Assembly (NCBI GenBank): GCA_001599295.1
Contig: BCGN01000004.1
Coordinates: 500,138 to 564,137, forward strand
DNA: 64,000 nt
From: Sporopachydermia quercuum
Lineage: Eukaryota
Direction of reading: 5' to 3'
A model generated the notes under the pieces. It did no database searches, was not told the origin of the DNA, and worked only from the letters and a program-made list of their open reading frames with translations. The position numbers were made by a program, and so were the translations under genes. Numbering within the stretch: position 1 is the first letter of the stretch; every line of letters begins with the position of its first letter. Of the stretch, positions 49,501 to 61,288 are shown piece by piece.

Positions 49501-52500
49501 GGTAAAATATACTAGAAAGCAAGTAAACAAAAACAAAAACTTTGTTCTACGGTGACTTGCTTCCATTTCTAAACAATTCCAGACAAATTAAGTAAACAGA
49601 CTCTACTTACCAGCATCTGAAACATACCAAATTTTGTTCCTGGCAATTACAGAAATACCTGTTGAAATGATGACATGTTTAATATAACTGTGACATTTCA
49701 GTTTCATGTTGAACTCAGTTTGGAAATGATTCAGGAACGACTTATTGAACAATCCTTCTCAACTGTATTTCCCGTGTTTTGTCATATCTCATTCTCCAAA
49801 GAGTTACATCTTTCAAAATGGAGGCTCCACTAGAAAGAAAGATACGATAAAATATAGAGCAAAGGAGCTCAGAATTTTCGTTTGAATAAAGTTGGCTCTT
49901 TTTGCATTTTCTTGTTGCTTCGACAATTTATGAAGTGGGTTACCCTATCATTTTATCTTAGGGCTCGCTTAACCGAAACCGGTTCTTCTGATCTAGGGGA
50001 GCTTCCAATGCTCCTTTAGCAAGAGATTTAACCTGATTGACCTTAATAATTTTTAAATATATCAATTAAATTTGATAATGATTGATACTGTATTTGATTA
50101 CATATTAAATGGGAAGTACATGAATTCAAATTGGAAATCTATATTTTTTAAACTCAAGTTTCCAAACTTAATAATATGCTGTGTTTCATATGAGGCAGAT
50201 CCACATGAGGCAGATAAAGAATAAGTCTCTTACTTCTCATTAACGCCAGCTGCAAGTTAATCTCAGGTGTGTAGCTCTAGGCACAACTGCATTGAACAAA
50301 GAAATAAATCAATCTTTATCAATCTTCATAGTAGCAAGATTGAACATACTCTAACCCATTCGTCCTATGAATACTTAATTTATAAACAAATAAATTGAAA
50401 AGAAATATTAAAAGAAATCTTCTAGTTTCAAGACCCATACAAGCAATCATCAGAATAGCTCCTCAATATTTTAGTAAATCCTTACCTTCGGTCATAGGAA
50501 ACTAAACATCTGAGTAAAATAGAGTTTAAACCCTAATTTGCTCACTAGTTCACATTTCCATCTCGGTGTTGTGGATCAACTCTTCAGCTAATAAGCGATT
50601 CTGAGTGTGGACCTAGCATTAAAAACGATAGTATGGTTAATGTAACTATGGGTGTTTATGAAATCTGATCTTAATATAGTTGAGCCTTTTTCTTCCGTTG
50701 ATATCTTTTTTTCAATTAGATATTTATTGCAGTTCAACGACCACTGAAGAGTTGGTTACAGCCAAATTGAATGAATTGTGCCTTCACAAGATTGGCCTCA
50801 TTAAAAGTAGTAACGTAGATAGTTTAAATAAAATACTTTGTTAAAGAGTTTACAATATGTTGCTTTAGGAGTATCGGTAAACTGTTTCCTTACCGACACA
50901 GCTCAGGAGAACTTCTTTTAGCAAATCAAATGCTTTCTAATTAAATAGAATAAGATACCTCTCGATGTATACCCTTTCTCGTGCAGAGTGTTATTTCTAG
51001 CACTTTACTTTTAACGGTTAAGGATTCATATCTAAATAGTAGAATTAATCGACCATAGTGTATGCTTCAACTAGAGTGGTACATTGCTATATTAATTCCT
51101 TCAATATATAATTGCATTTTGTCTTTGTCTCGAAAGTATTGAAATTCTTGTAATATCTAGAAAATAATGAATATTATTGTCTGGAAGGTATTGATCACTA
51201 GTCCTGATCTTATCTATTTACTTTATAATTATCGTCTATCAAAGATATTCTATTTAAATGAACATTACATTTCACTTTTATCAATTGTTCCAATATTGCA
51301 CTGCTTAGTCATTCTTGATACCGAAGATTGCTCAGTGGAAGCATCTGTAGAACTAGTACTTCATCTCTTGTCATAGCCAAGAACAAAATTGCTAATATTC
51401 TCTTTTACCGTGCAGCTATTGTCTTTCAGAGTGCTTGTTATGTTAGATAGCTAGAAAGTATAGAAAATTCAATCATGAGAATAAATCAAGCGAGCAGATC
51501 TCTAATATATTCATATTTTTTGGCGTTTTCCAATGGTTAGAAACACAAATAATTGTATTCAACCTGTACATCTCCAAGGTCCTCTAGAATATTCTTACCT
51601 GGTGTTTCTGAAGCTTGTTATCCGCTTTTACCTGACAATGGAAGCTTTTATCCAAACATCAGCATGATTGATAAATATGCCATTGCTGAAGAAAGAAGGG
51701 CTTTTACAGGTGAGCCGTTGAGAATGTATTGTCTTGCACTGTGCCAGAGAGTAACCTTGATTCCGGACGTAAGAACTGCTAAGACTGTTTGCAAGTCGTA
51801 TAAAAGTATTCAACAGTCTCTCGATTACTTATTATTTAGTTTATTGTAAAAATAAAGGCAGAAAGACCTGATAATCTAAATTTAACATTGCCAACCATCA
51901 TTGAAGGTGAGGAAACTGTTAGTAGAAGTCAGCTACTTTCACAAGTTTTGTCCGGGTTTATTTGCGGTTCATTTGGAAGCATTCCGCTATGAAACCAGGG
52001 AGACTAATTAATCAAATAAATTGTCTTCTCTGATATAAATTCTATATCATATAATACAAAAGTCGTTGAAACAGGATTAGATGGTGAATAGTAATCACTA
52101 GAGAAGTATTTTGGTTGATATCAATATACTGCTTGTTAATCAACGGGAATAGGCATATTATCTATTGATCGATATACGGCTTATGCGTGAAACGTCTCAC
52201 TTGATTATTTCTCGATACTTATTGTAAACTCCATAAAATGAATAATCCAATGGTCTGTATGGGGGAATAATTCCCAATTATGTATGTTACTTGTGGTTGT
52301 GATTGTCAATCGTATGGTATATATGAATATTATAAATCTGTATGGCATATTTTCACACTTTTCTTTTCGTTTGGATTTCAGTTTCAAATCTCGCCGCTAA
52401 GTATCTAATTGCATATACTTTTTTCTTCTTCTTTTTTAATGTCTCTCTTTATTTTAACCACTTACAATTTTGACTTTACCTTAAATTCACTTCAACTATT

Positions 52501-55500
52501 GCTAAAAATCAATCAATCAAGCAAAGAAATCTACCTGATCCAACATTATTTATCCACATGCATTGACCAGCATCACAAAAGGCAATTCAATAAGGCTTGA
52601 TCATCCTGTGATTATTAGTGTTTCAGCTCGTAAGCTTAGTTGGGTATGAAAACAATGGTGTTTCAGTTGTGTGAAGATCTTAAATTATTTTTTTGTTCCA
52701 ACTTTATTCGAATCAACTCTATAAGATACCAAAAATACCAAACCTTATTTAACAAAGAACGTCATGTAAGCGGTAAATGCGCACTCCAAAATAGTATTCT
52801 CAAGAATTATTTGATCATCAAAGNTATTGAAGATTAGGTTTGGTGCACTAATTTCTGAGCATTTGGATGAAGTAGAATCCACAAGTTGATGCTTTCTCGA
52901 AAACTTAATGGAAGAGACAATTTGTTACAACTGACAAGGAGTTAATGAGATTCAGACAATATCAAGATAAACTGCATCTGCGTAGTGAAGATTCCTTTGA
53001 GTTGAAACTATCAACAAGTCAACGGACCTCTTGATTAATCTTTCCAGATTGATACCTGGTTTGAGTCATCCAATATTTATTTGCATTGAATGGTTACTTT
53101 ATTTAGTTGTCTGTTTGTATACATATGAGTGACTTCAATGGACTAGTACAGCAAGAAGATGATCCCTTTTCATTGCTGGGAAACAATCATCTTACTAGAA
53201 GCAATCGGAGGTTTCTTTCTGGTTGTTTGGTTCATTTGGCAGATTCACAATCTTCAGATCAATCGGGGTATCATTATCTTAGGCAATTGTCTTCAGTAAT
53301 CTAAGGGCGACTTTACAATTGCTGAGGACAATGTTACTTAAATGTAGTTTTCTTTTTTCCGATCTATATAAGTGCTAGAACCACTGATGTTCGAGACCAG
53401 CTTGCCAAGTATTACGCTGCATAGAGCAGATGCAACTTATGTCTTTGGATACCCTTTTTGCTCACACTTCCATTGTTGAACTCTTATTCAAGCATTGCTT
53501 ATTCAACAGAGATGTAGTGCCATCATACAATATCTTCTACTTATAAGGTTCCCGAACCTGAAGAAGCACTTGTTCAGATGATTTCAGAACTCACACTTGA
53601 ATGAATACTGTCCTATGAAGTAATAATGGTTTACCTATTCTTTATTTAATTAACAATCTGGGTAACCACTTATTGATTATACGGTTTTCACTCAAACTTT
53701 CTATAGACTTTTTTTATTCTTTTTATGTCTTACAATTAATAAGGTACTAAAAAGTCTTGCATTAATTAAGGTCAAAAGCCGAAACTCTTGAATATTGGAT
53801 ATACTTGCTTCAACTGTTCTTCCTTTTAATCCCAAGTTAACATTTAGGTGACGCAATAAAGCCATCATTCTGCGTTTACCTCCAGCTGAGAACTATGAAG
53901 GAAGATAAAAAGATTGGGTGATTAAGCAACTAATTATAATCAAATGCTGATAGGATGATGGAAACAAAAGTTTAGGAGCCTCTAATGGGGGCACTTGGAG
54001 ATTGAATAAACATTTTCTACGAAGCCATTCAAAATTCTTTCAAAGCTGATAAGCCAATATTCTGAAGAGCTCATATTATAGTTGTTTACCACTCATAGAC
54101 TGAGATCCCGTGAGATTATCCCTAGAACTCTAAAATGTGTTACTGAGTAATCATGAAAACAGCAGGAAGAACAGACTTTACCTAAAGTAAAAGAAGTAAA
54201 TATAACCCCATTCTAGAAATGCTTGGAGTTTAATACAATTAAGGTGTTCCAATTAGGTTTCGGATCTTTAAATAAGGTTCAGGTTCAAACTGGATCTAGA
54301 AAATAAACTTTGGCTGTACTCCAATAGGCTTCTAATAAGCCTTATTTTGGAACCTTCGTTTTGGTAGGCTTTTTTCCAATGGTCTGGCCAAGTCGATGTT
54401 CATATTTATTATTTGGACTTGTATACATTTTCTATATGAACCCAAAGTATGCCCACCTTTGTTAGAATTTTGCCAGCGGGTCCAACATTTATCTGACTGA
54501 AAATGAATGTTTTCAGTAACCGAGAGATGAAAGGTTCGATAAAATGGCAGATAATCTGAGCTAACACTCAGGTACCTAGCTAGCTAGGTACGCACTTCAA
54601 TGGACATGGGATTGATCTCATGACAGAATCTTCCATGAAAACATGGTAAAATATTCAGAAGTACTTGTTGTGAGAACGTGTCAATCATCCTAATTGGTAC
54701 GTTATTATAAGTTGGTGCCCTATGTATGTTATAAGGGTGTAGGTTCAATTACAATACTCATTGTTATAAATAATGGATGGCCATCAGGTATAGAAGGAAA
54801 AGATGGCTGTGTCTTAGGTTATAACAAATAGCGATGATAGTTTATAAGGAACTTTAAAAACACAGCAACTTTAATAACCCATCTAACAGTAAAGTTTTAA
54901 TTATAGAAAGGACTAGTGATTATTACCGGATTGAACCTATATACGTCCAAACACTAACTGATGATAATAGCTTGTACTAATGACTTGATGAAAAAGTAAT
55001 TATCTTTTTTTATCAAAGCTGTTTAATTCTATTTGCTTGTGGCTTTATATAAAATAAATAACCGCGTGAATAATGAAAGTAAACACACCTATTTCATTGA
55101 ACTTCCTCGTTGAACTTCCTCTCGTAGATTCAAGTAATACGTTTATTTGGTTGATTTAATTAGGAAGTAAATTAGAGTTTGATGAGAAAGTTGAAGACTA
55201 GCAAAACCTAAATGTAACTTATGAACCTTTAGTCTCTGTTTCCATTTAGGAAAGCTCAAATATAGACATCCTTCCCCTCCCTTGAATTGAAGCTCAACCA
55301 TTAATTTATACATTTTCTCAACGGTGAGTTGTTCCTTGAAATTTAGATGAATCTGCTGANATTAATCATATTTAAATGCTTGATTTTAATCCTATTCAAA
55401 CAGCAAAAATCGTTTCTCAATCAAAGTTCTGTAATAGTAAAACTACAATTTTTGTGAATTCACCCTCCGTTCGCGTACGTTTAACGTTGCTTCATTAAGG

Positions 55501-56334
55501 TTAACGTTGGTTGCAACTCTATATTCAAGTATTGTTTAAACTTTTTATAGCCAGAAAACAATTAAACTTCGTCTACCTGCAATTCCCCTTTGTTTTCACT
55601 CATTTCTTGAGTGAATTGATAGAGATTTAGAGAGTGTACCTTCGTTGATTGATTTGTTGATTTGTATTAAACTCATTCTTTCCCTTTCTTCTCTCTTTTT
55701 CCCTTTTGTTCACTTGCAACGGTTACGAACTTTCAATGGCACGACTTAGTAAAATGTGTTTCTGATATTGTATCTCACTGGATTATTTTCTTTTTTTTTC
55801 AACTGACCGGTGTTATTATCAATTATTTTTGACCCACATTCTTGTTGATAGTTTGTCCTTGCCCCCTATAACAACAAGTGCCCATCCCACAATAACAAAA
55901 CTACAAAGCAGTTGGGAGAGATTGAACGTATGAGCATCATTTTATCGACCGACGTGATTATTCAGACAAAAGAACTCTTCATTTATAAGTCATAGGATTA
56001 AAGCATCCAGGCAATTCTTTAGTTGGTGTTACGTGCTACTATTGTGATCTTGAGATTTTCGATTATAGTATTATACACAAGCGGATATTTTGACATCTAT
56101 AGATACTTTCGAAAACAAGTACAACATTAACTGCATCGGTTATAACAGGCGTTCATAAACTTTGTATGAATGTTGAATTGAATCGTGAAAATTTTGTAAT
56201 ATCTTGGTTATTGTCCTAGAAGTTCAAGATTTTGAAGGGCTATTGTATTATATGAGATTGAAGTGAAAACGGCTACTCTGATCACATAAATAGTAGTGTT
56301 ATTCAAAGTGAAGTAAGCATCAGCTGAATTTTTG

Positions 56335-58128
56335 ATGACAGATGATCAAAAGTGGGCCCAATCGAAGTTCCAAACATTAGCTCAGCTTCAAAGAAAAGTC
56401 CCATCGCATCAAGATTCTCCTCAGGCAAACAGAGATTCTGGTTCACAATTTATAGTACCTTCATCTCACTTTGTTGGAAGTTCTGATACCTCTTCATCAG
56501 GTATTTACAAACAACCTCATCAATTTCAAAACTCTCAAGGCTTGCTATCTGAAATGAGTTCTGGTTTAATCATGTCCGGTTCTTCTTCCTATGCTCCTGA
56601 ACCTACATTCTCGCAACAACAACAACCTCAACAGCAACAACAACAGCCACAACAACCACATCAGCCACATCAGCTGCATCAACCACAGCAACATACAGGA
56701 ACGGATCAATGGTACTACGCAAGTGACGCCCAACCGTACAATATTCAATCATACTCCGCATCATCTCTACCTCACAGTCATGCCTCCAATCCTAGTTCTA
56801 CTTCTCTGTATCATCAGCCTCCACGGGATGATTTAACTGAAGATACTCAAGGCCAGCTCCAAAACCAATTAGGTGGATCTATTAGTCAACGAAGTTATGT
56901 GTCCGGTACACCGCTAGGTTATACTAACGTATTACCTACTTCTAATTATATTCCTGACTCTGAACCATCCGATTCGTACTATTCAACTCGTTATTCACTT
57001 CCTAATCAACCATCGAATATTGTTCCATTAATGAATTCTCAGCCACCCTCTCATGAACACTCACATCCAACAATGTTGGGAGGACTCAACTCGTCCCTTT
57101 ATTATAATGAAGGTTTACAAGCAAGTAATAGTTCATCAGATGATGCAACAAGAAGACTTCTAAAGACGCCCAGTCAACCCGTTCCACACTATGAATCAAG
57201 CATAGGTAATCATGACCTGACAGCAAATAGCCAGATTCAGTCACTACCTTTCGGCTTAAGAACTGGTGGATCGTCATCCATTCCAGAAATTAAAGGAATG
57301 GGATCCCTAATGGATATGTCGAATGTTTCTCGTATCCATAAACCATTGAGTCATCAATTAGATAGAAACAGGGGTTATGCGCTACACGATTACAATCCAG
57401 CGCCTTATACTCAGGCTACTGGTATACCTGGGCAAGCTCTTGGTAGTGTTTCTTCTAGAAGAAAATCTATTTCAAGAATACCTCCAAAGATACCTCAACC
57501 TACATTGTATTCTCTAATTCGATATAATGGTAGTACTAAGACTGATGTTCTGGATGATGAGAGATCACTACTGGATGTTGATTTCTCGTTATCGGGACTA
57601 ACTATGGAGCAAATTACTAGTAGTTGGAGTGCCAGGGAATTGAGTGAAGGAAGAAGAATTGTAAGAGTAAGAAGAATACAGAATGCTAATATTTTACAGG
57701 CCTCTTTCGAACTTGAGGTAGATCCTAACACCCCGTTGGGTTCAGACACTATTGAAGTCAGTTGTATATACTGGGATAACCAGTATTGGATTACAAGTGT
57801 GGAGACTATAACGATAGTAGAACTATTAGCAAATATCTATAGAGTAGAAAACGATCCAAGATTGAACAAGTCAGCTTCTCTGAATCCAATTTTGAGCCCA
57901 ACTGGCGAGCCTCCAAAGAAGGAACGAGGTAGAATAAGAAGCAATATTTCATCCTTTTACGATCTAGTTTTATCGGAAAAATCAAATGCTGATTTCTACA
58001 AATTTGTTATGGGCTTCCAGGACAAGATCCCTAGGCATTTTGCCAAATCTGTCAAAGTTATGAATTGGCGTAAAATTCATGATGCTTTATCGCGTGCTAT
58101 TCAAAACTACAAAGTTGTGAATAGCTAA
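56335..58128 (+). CDS. MedA/Medusa-like (DUF7082-type) putative transcriptional regulator, paralogue 1; 597 aa
   Basis: Long Q/S/P/H-rich low-complexity N-terminus with a polyQ/QPH tract. The C-terminal domain WSARELSEGRRIV..IEVSCIYW..YWITSVETI..ERGRIRSN..FYKFVMGF..PRHFAKSVKVMNW..AL..Y follows the MedA C-terminal motif order. First ATG at 56335. Confidence 0.8.
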   Translation: MTDDQKWAQSKFQTLAQLQRKVPSHQDSPQANRDSGSQFIVPSSHFVGSSDTSSSGIYKQPHQFQNSQGLLSEMSSGLIMSGSSSYAPEPTFSQQQQPQQQQQQPQQPHQPHQLHQPQQHTGTDQWYYASDAQPYNIQSYSASSLPHSHASNPSSTSLYHQPPRDDLTEDTQGQLQNQLGGSISQRSYVSGTPLGYTNVLPTSNYIPDSEPSDSYYSTRYSLPNQPSNIVPLMNSQPPSHEHSHPTMLGGLNSSLYYNEGLQASNSSSDDATRRLLKTPSQPVPHYESSIGNHDLTANSQIQSLPFGLRTGGSSSIPEIKGMGSLMDMSNVSRIHKPLSHQLDRNRGYALHDYNPAPYTQATGIPGQALGSVSSRRKSISRIPPKIPQPTLYSLIRYNGSTKTDVLDDERSLLDVDFSLSGLTMEQITSSWSARELSEGRRIVRVRRIQNANILQASFELEVDPNTPLGSDTIEVSCIYWDNQYWITSVETITIVELLANIYRVENDPRLNKSASLNPILSPTGEPPKKERGRIRSNISSFYDLVLSEKSNADFYKFVMGFQDKIPRHFAKSVKVMNWRKIHDALSRAIQNYKVVNS

Positions 58129-61100
58129 AAGAAATGTGTATGATGTATGCTTTGTTGTTTTCTTCAAACATACTATATTATATTTTACGCTTGACTTTTA
58201 TCATCAGATTCTGAAGTAATTTTAACGTCTTAACGTGTATTAATGTGTGTATTTTTGGTCCTAATATCATTTTTTTGTCTTCCGTTTTTCAAAATACATA
58301 ATTAGACCTGAGTTTGATCTCAAACTATTTGTAATATCGTAATACCCAATTTTACCAGCGTTTACGGCCAAAACTGCAAGTCTGGGTGCCACATGTTTTT
58401 CAGAACTTCAAGCACAGGTTCCAATCAAAGTTTGATCCATTTTTATTAGAAAGATATACGTAGTGTTTTCATTCTTTTTCACTGAATCAATAGTCGTGAG
58501 ATGATTAATAGCATGTTTCACTTTTCTTCTCCCAGATCAATCAAACNTATCTTGCTAGGTATTTGCCATGGTAGCTAGCGCAGCGTTTTGCAAGTCCTAC
58601 GCTTATTTATCGCAATAAGATCAAGGTTTCAGGAAAAACAGAAAATCGATGTTTGAAAAGATAGTGTTTGTTTGTCACTGCATAATACCTTAATTTTTTA
58701 GTAAGCCAATGATGATGTAAAAACACTTAGAGTTGAAGTTAAGATTTGAGCTGTCTTGGCAACCTAAGTTGTAACCTTAATTGGTAAACAGAGAGAAATA
58801 ATAGGAGTCTGCATAAACGGCTAATATAATCAGCATATGCTGATCTCTAATAATTGAATATACACTTTCTACAATATAAAAGTGGTAGATGGTTGCATGG
58901 GTTACTTTTCTAATAGAGTAGTTACCTCTATTTTGGTTGAAAGACCCCAATATTTAAATAGCTTTTAGAGAAATGCTAAAACGTTGTTGTATTTTAGGTT
59001 TAACATCAAAGTCTCACATGTACCTTACTTTATCAACATGTTTAGAACTTGTGTGTTACTCTCCTTTCTTCCACAGTTTGGCTAAACTTGGTTCGCATGA
59101 AGTTCCCTATTAGGGAAATTCCCCACTTCTTTGCTGGTGTTGCATGCGAAGAATAATTAGTATAATGCAGTACAATAATAGATAAACCTTCACAGACAAG
59201 AAAAAATAAAAAATAAAAATCAAAAGACCTTTCAAATCTTCTCGGAAATGACAACTGTGTGCAGTGTTGTGTTGAATATGACGGTCAAAATTTATGATAT
59301 TGATTGATACACTAAAGTTCAGAAAAGAAGAAAGTTTCATCGAAAGTTTTATTTGTGGAGTATAAATTCCAATTTGATACCAAGTCAATGCTTTCACCAG
59401 TTTTCATTAATGAAGCCTTTACAACTCAAAAATCTTGACGCTTTTTTGCCATTAGAAGCACCTAGATAGATTAGCGGTCATATATTCTACCGTTTATTAT
59501 TTGTCTACGAAAAATAAAATTATTGACAATCATCTCGTAATTTTGTCTTAGAAGCACATTAATTTAATAAAGTTCGAATATGAATAAAATTACACTGTAA
59601 TAGCTAATTGGCTAATGAATTAAAATTAAGAAATAAATTGAGTTTCTGTTATTTATCGTCTGAAAGGCTAACGGTTTTAGAATCAGCATTCCGCGTTTGA
59701 AAATTTGCCGTAGTAAAATGGTGATTTATCTGAAAATTCCAAGTAATGCACAATATGCATGGGGAAGCGAAATTTCGGGTCCTAGAAATAGCGAGTAGTT
59801 GCTGCGAACATCAAGTGAAACGAAAAAATCTTTAGCGAGAAGTTAAACTATTAAAAGAAGATCTCATAGAATATTGATATACGAGTTCCAGAAAATAATT
59901 CGAGATGTTGTCCATAAAATCTAAAATCATGTAAAGGTTCCTTTCATGTAAGAGGGAGACAACCCAGTTGAAAGATATTGCTTGATTTGAATGAAAGAAA
60001 GAGTGGTTAAAATACAGCTAGACAGCTGAATATCCTATGTTTTTTGCGATCATACAAAAGAGATTCAGTAGTGGCTGAGTGTTTTTGTTAGAGCAAAAAC
60101 TCTCAAATACATGATTAATCTCCGGCGCCTCGGCAGATAGCAGCTGGGTAAAAAACCAACTCCCAGTAGAATATATCTTGTGGCTCAGCTTTTCAAACTG
60201 CTATGACTAATAATTAAACACATTTCATATTGTTTGAGCTTTTAATTCACTCACAATATGATTGTTCAATTGATTGCAGTCGTAATAGAATTTTACATAA
60301 TTCTCCCATTACAACTAATTATTCGACTTCAGCCACCAATTATATCTCATCTAGGTGATAATCCACTATTTAGGAAACTCACAAGCCTTACGTTTGCTAC
60401 TGGGAGGTGGCTTAATTGCCTAATCCAGAAAAGGTGGCTACAAGTCACTAAACGGGCTGCCTTCAGCTTATCTCTTGTCAAACTATTCTGTCTCGATGCA
60501 AATGCGCTTATATTTCCATAGAACTGTCTTTCAATCTTTCTTCCTTCCAAAAAACTTGAACTATATATAATTCACCTGTATATCCTTACTTTATTTTTCA
60601 CATTATGCTTACTCCGGGTTTAGCACTCAATCAGTCAACCTCAATGCACAATAAGCAAACTTCATCTTTAAAAGGAAAGTGCTGCAATTCATACAGATTC
60701 ATTCCTGGGCCGATATCCTAATTGGGAAANTTCTCGGAACGTTTTAAGAAGTTTCAGTAGAATAATTGCACTAAGATAAATGTGAAATCTACGTCTTGGG
60801 AACATCTAACGGATATTGCTCTTCTTTAAGTTGTTATTATTTCCGATTATGGAGTTTGGAACAAATTCTATATTATTTTACTTTTAGATATTAAAAGAAG
60901 CATTTGTGATCATTTCCCACACTATGGAGATAAGGTGGAGCTATGGTGTTCTTGTTCACTTCTTTCTTGTTCTTCTTTTTCTCATTTTCTTCTTAGTTGC
61001 TGTTAATGATGGCTATCAGTAAGGAGATTCAGATGAAAAATATAAGGGGAAAAGAATAGGATGAAGGAAATCGGGGTAAAATGCCATTATTGTTAAGACC

Positions 61101-61288
61101 GAGAAAGTTTGAGGCAAAGTATTAATTTGTTGTACCCTAAGCAAACTGTGAACATAAGTGTCATTTGACATTGATTAGAAATTGAGAGAGACTCTTGAAT
61201 AAAAGAAAACGTAGACCAAAGTGACGGGAACAATTTGAAAGAGTTAGTAGTTTAGAATATCATTTAGAAATAGAATGGTGTTTTGAAA

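Noticed and set aside
51553..51849. 98-aa ORF and other short ORFs in 44-56 kb
   Set aside because: Mostly non-ATG starts, no recognisable homology, and no convincing splice signals linking them.
53389..53408. GTTCGAGACCAGCTTGCCAA, resembling a Pol III B-box or Alu fragment
   Set aside because: Only ~20 nt, with no A-box, cloverleaf or flanking similarity; treated as a chance match.
41688..56334. Functional link between the CENP-I gene and the adjacent possible centromeric gap
   Set aside because: No established reason for kinetochore genes to lie next to centromeres; treated as coincidence.
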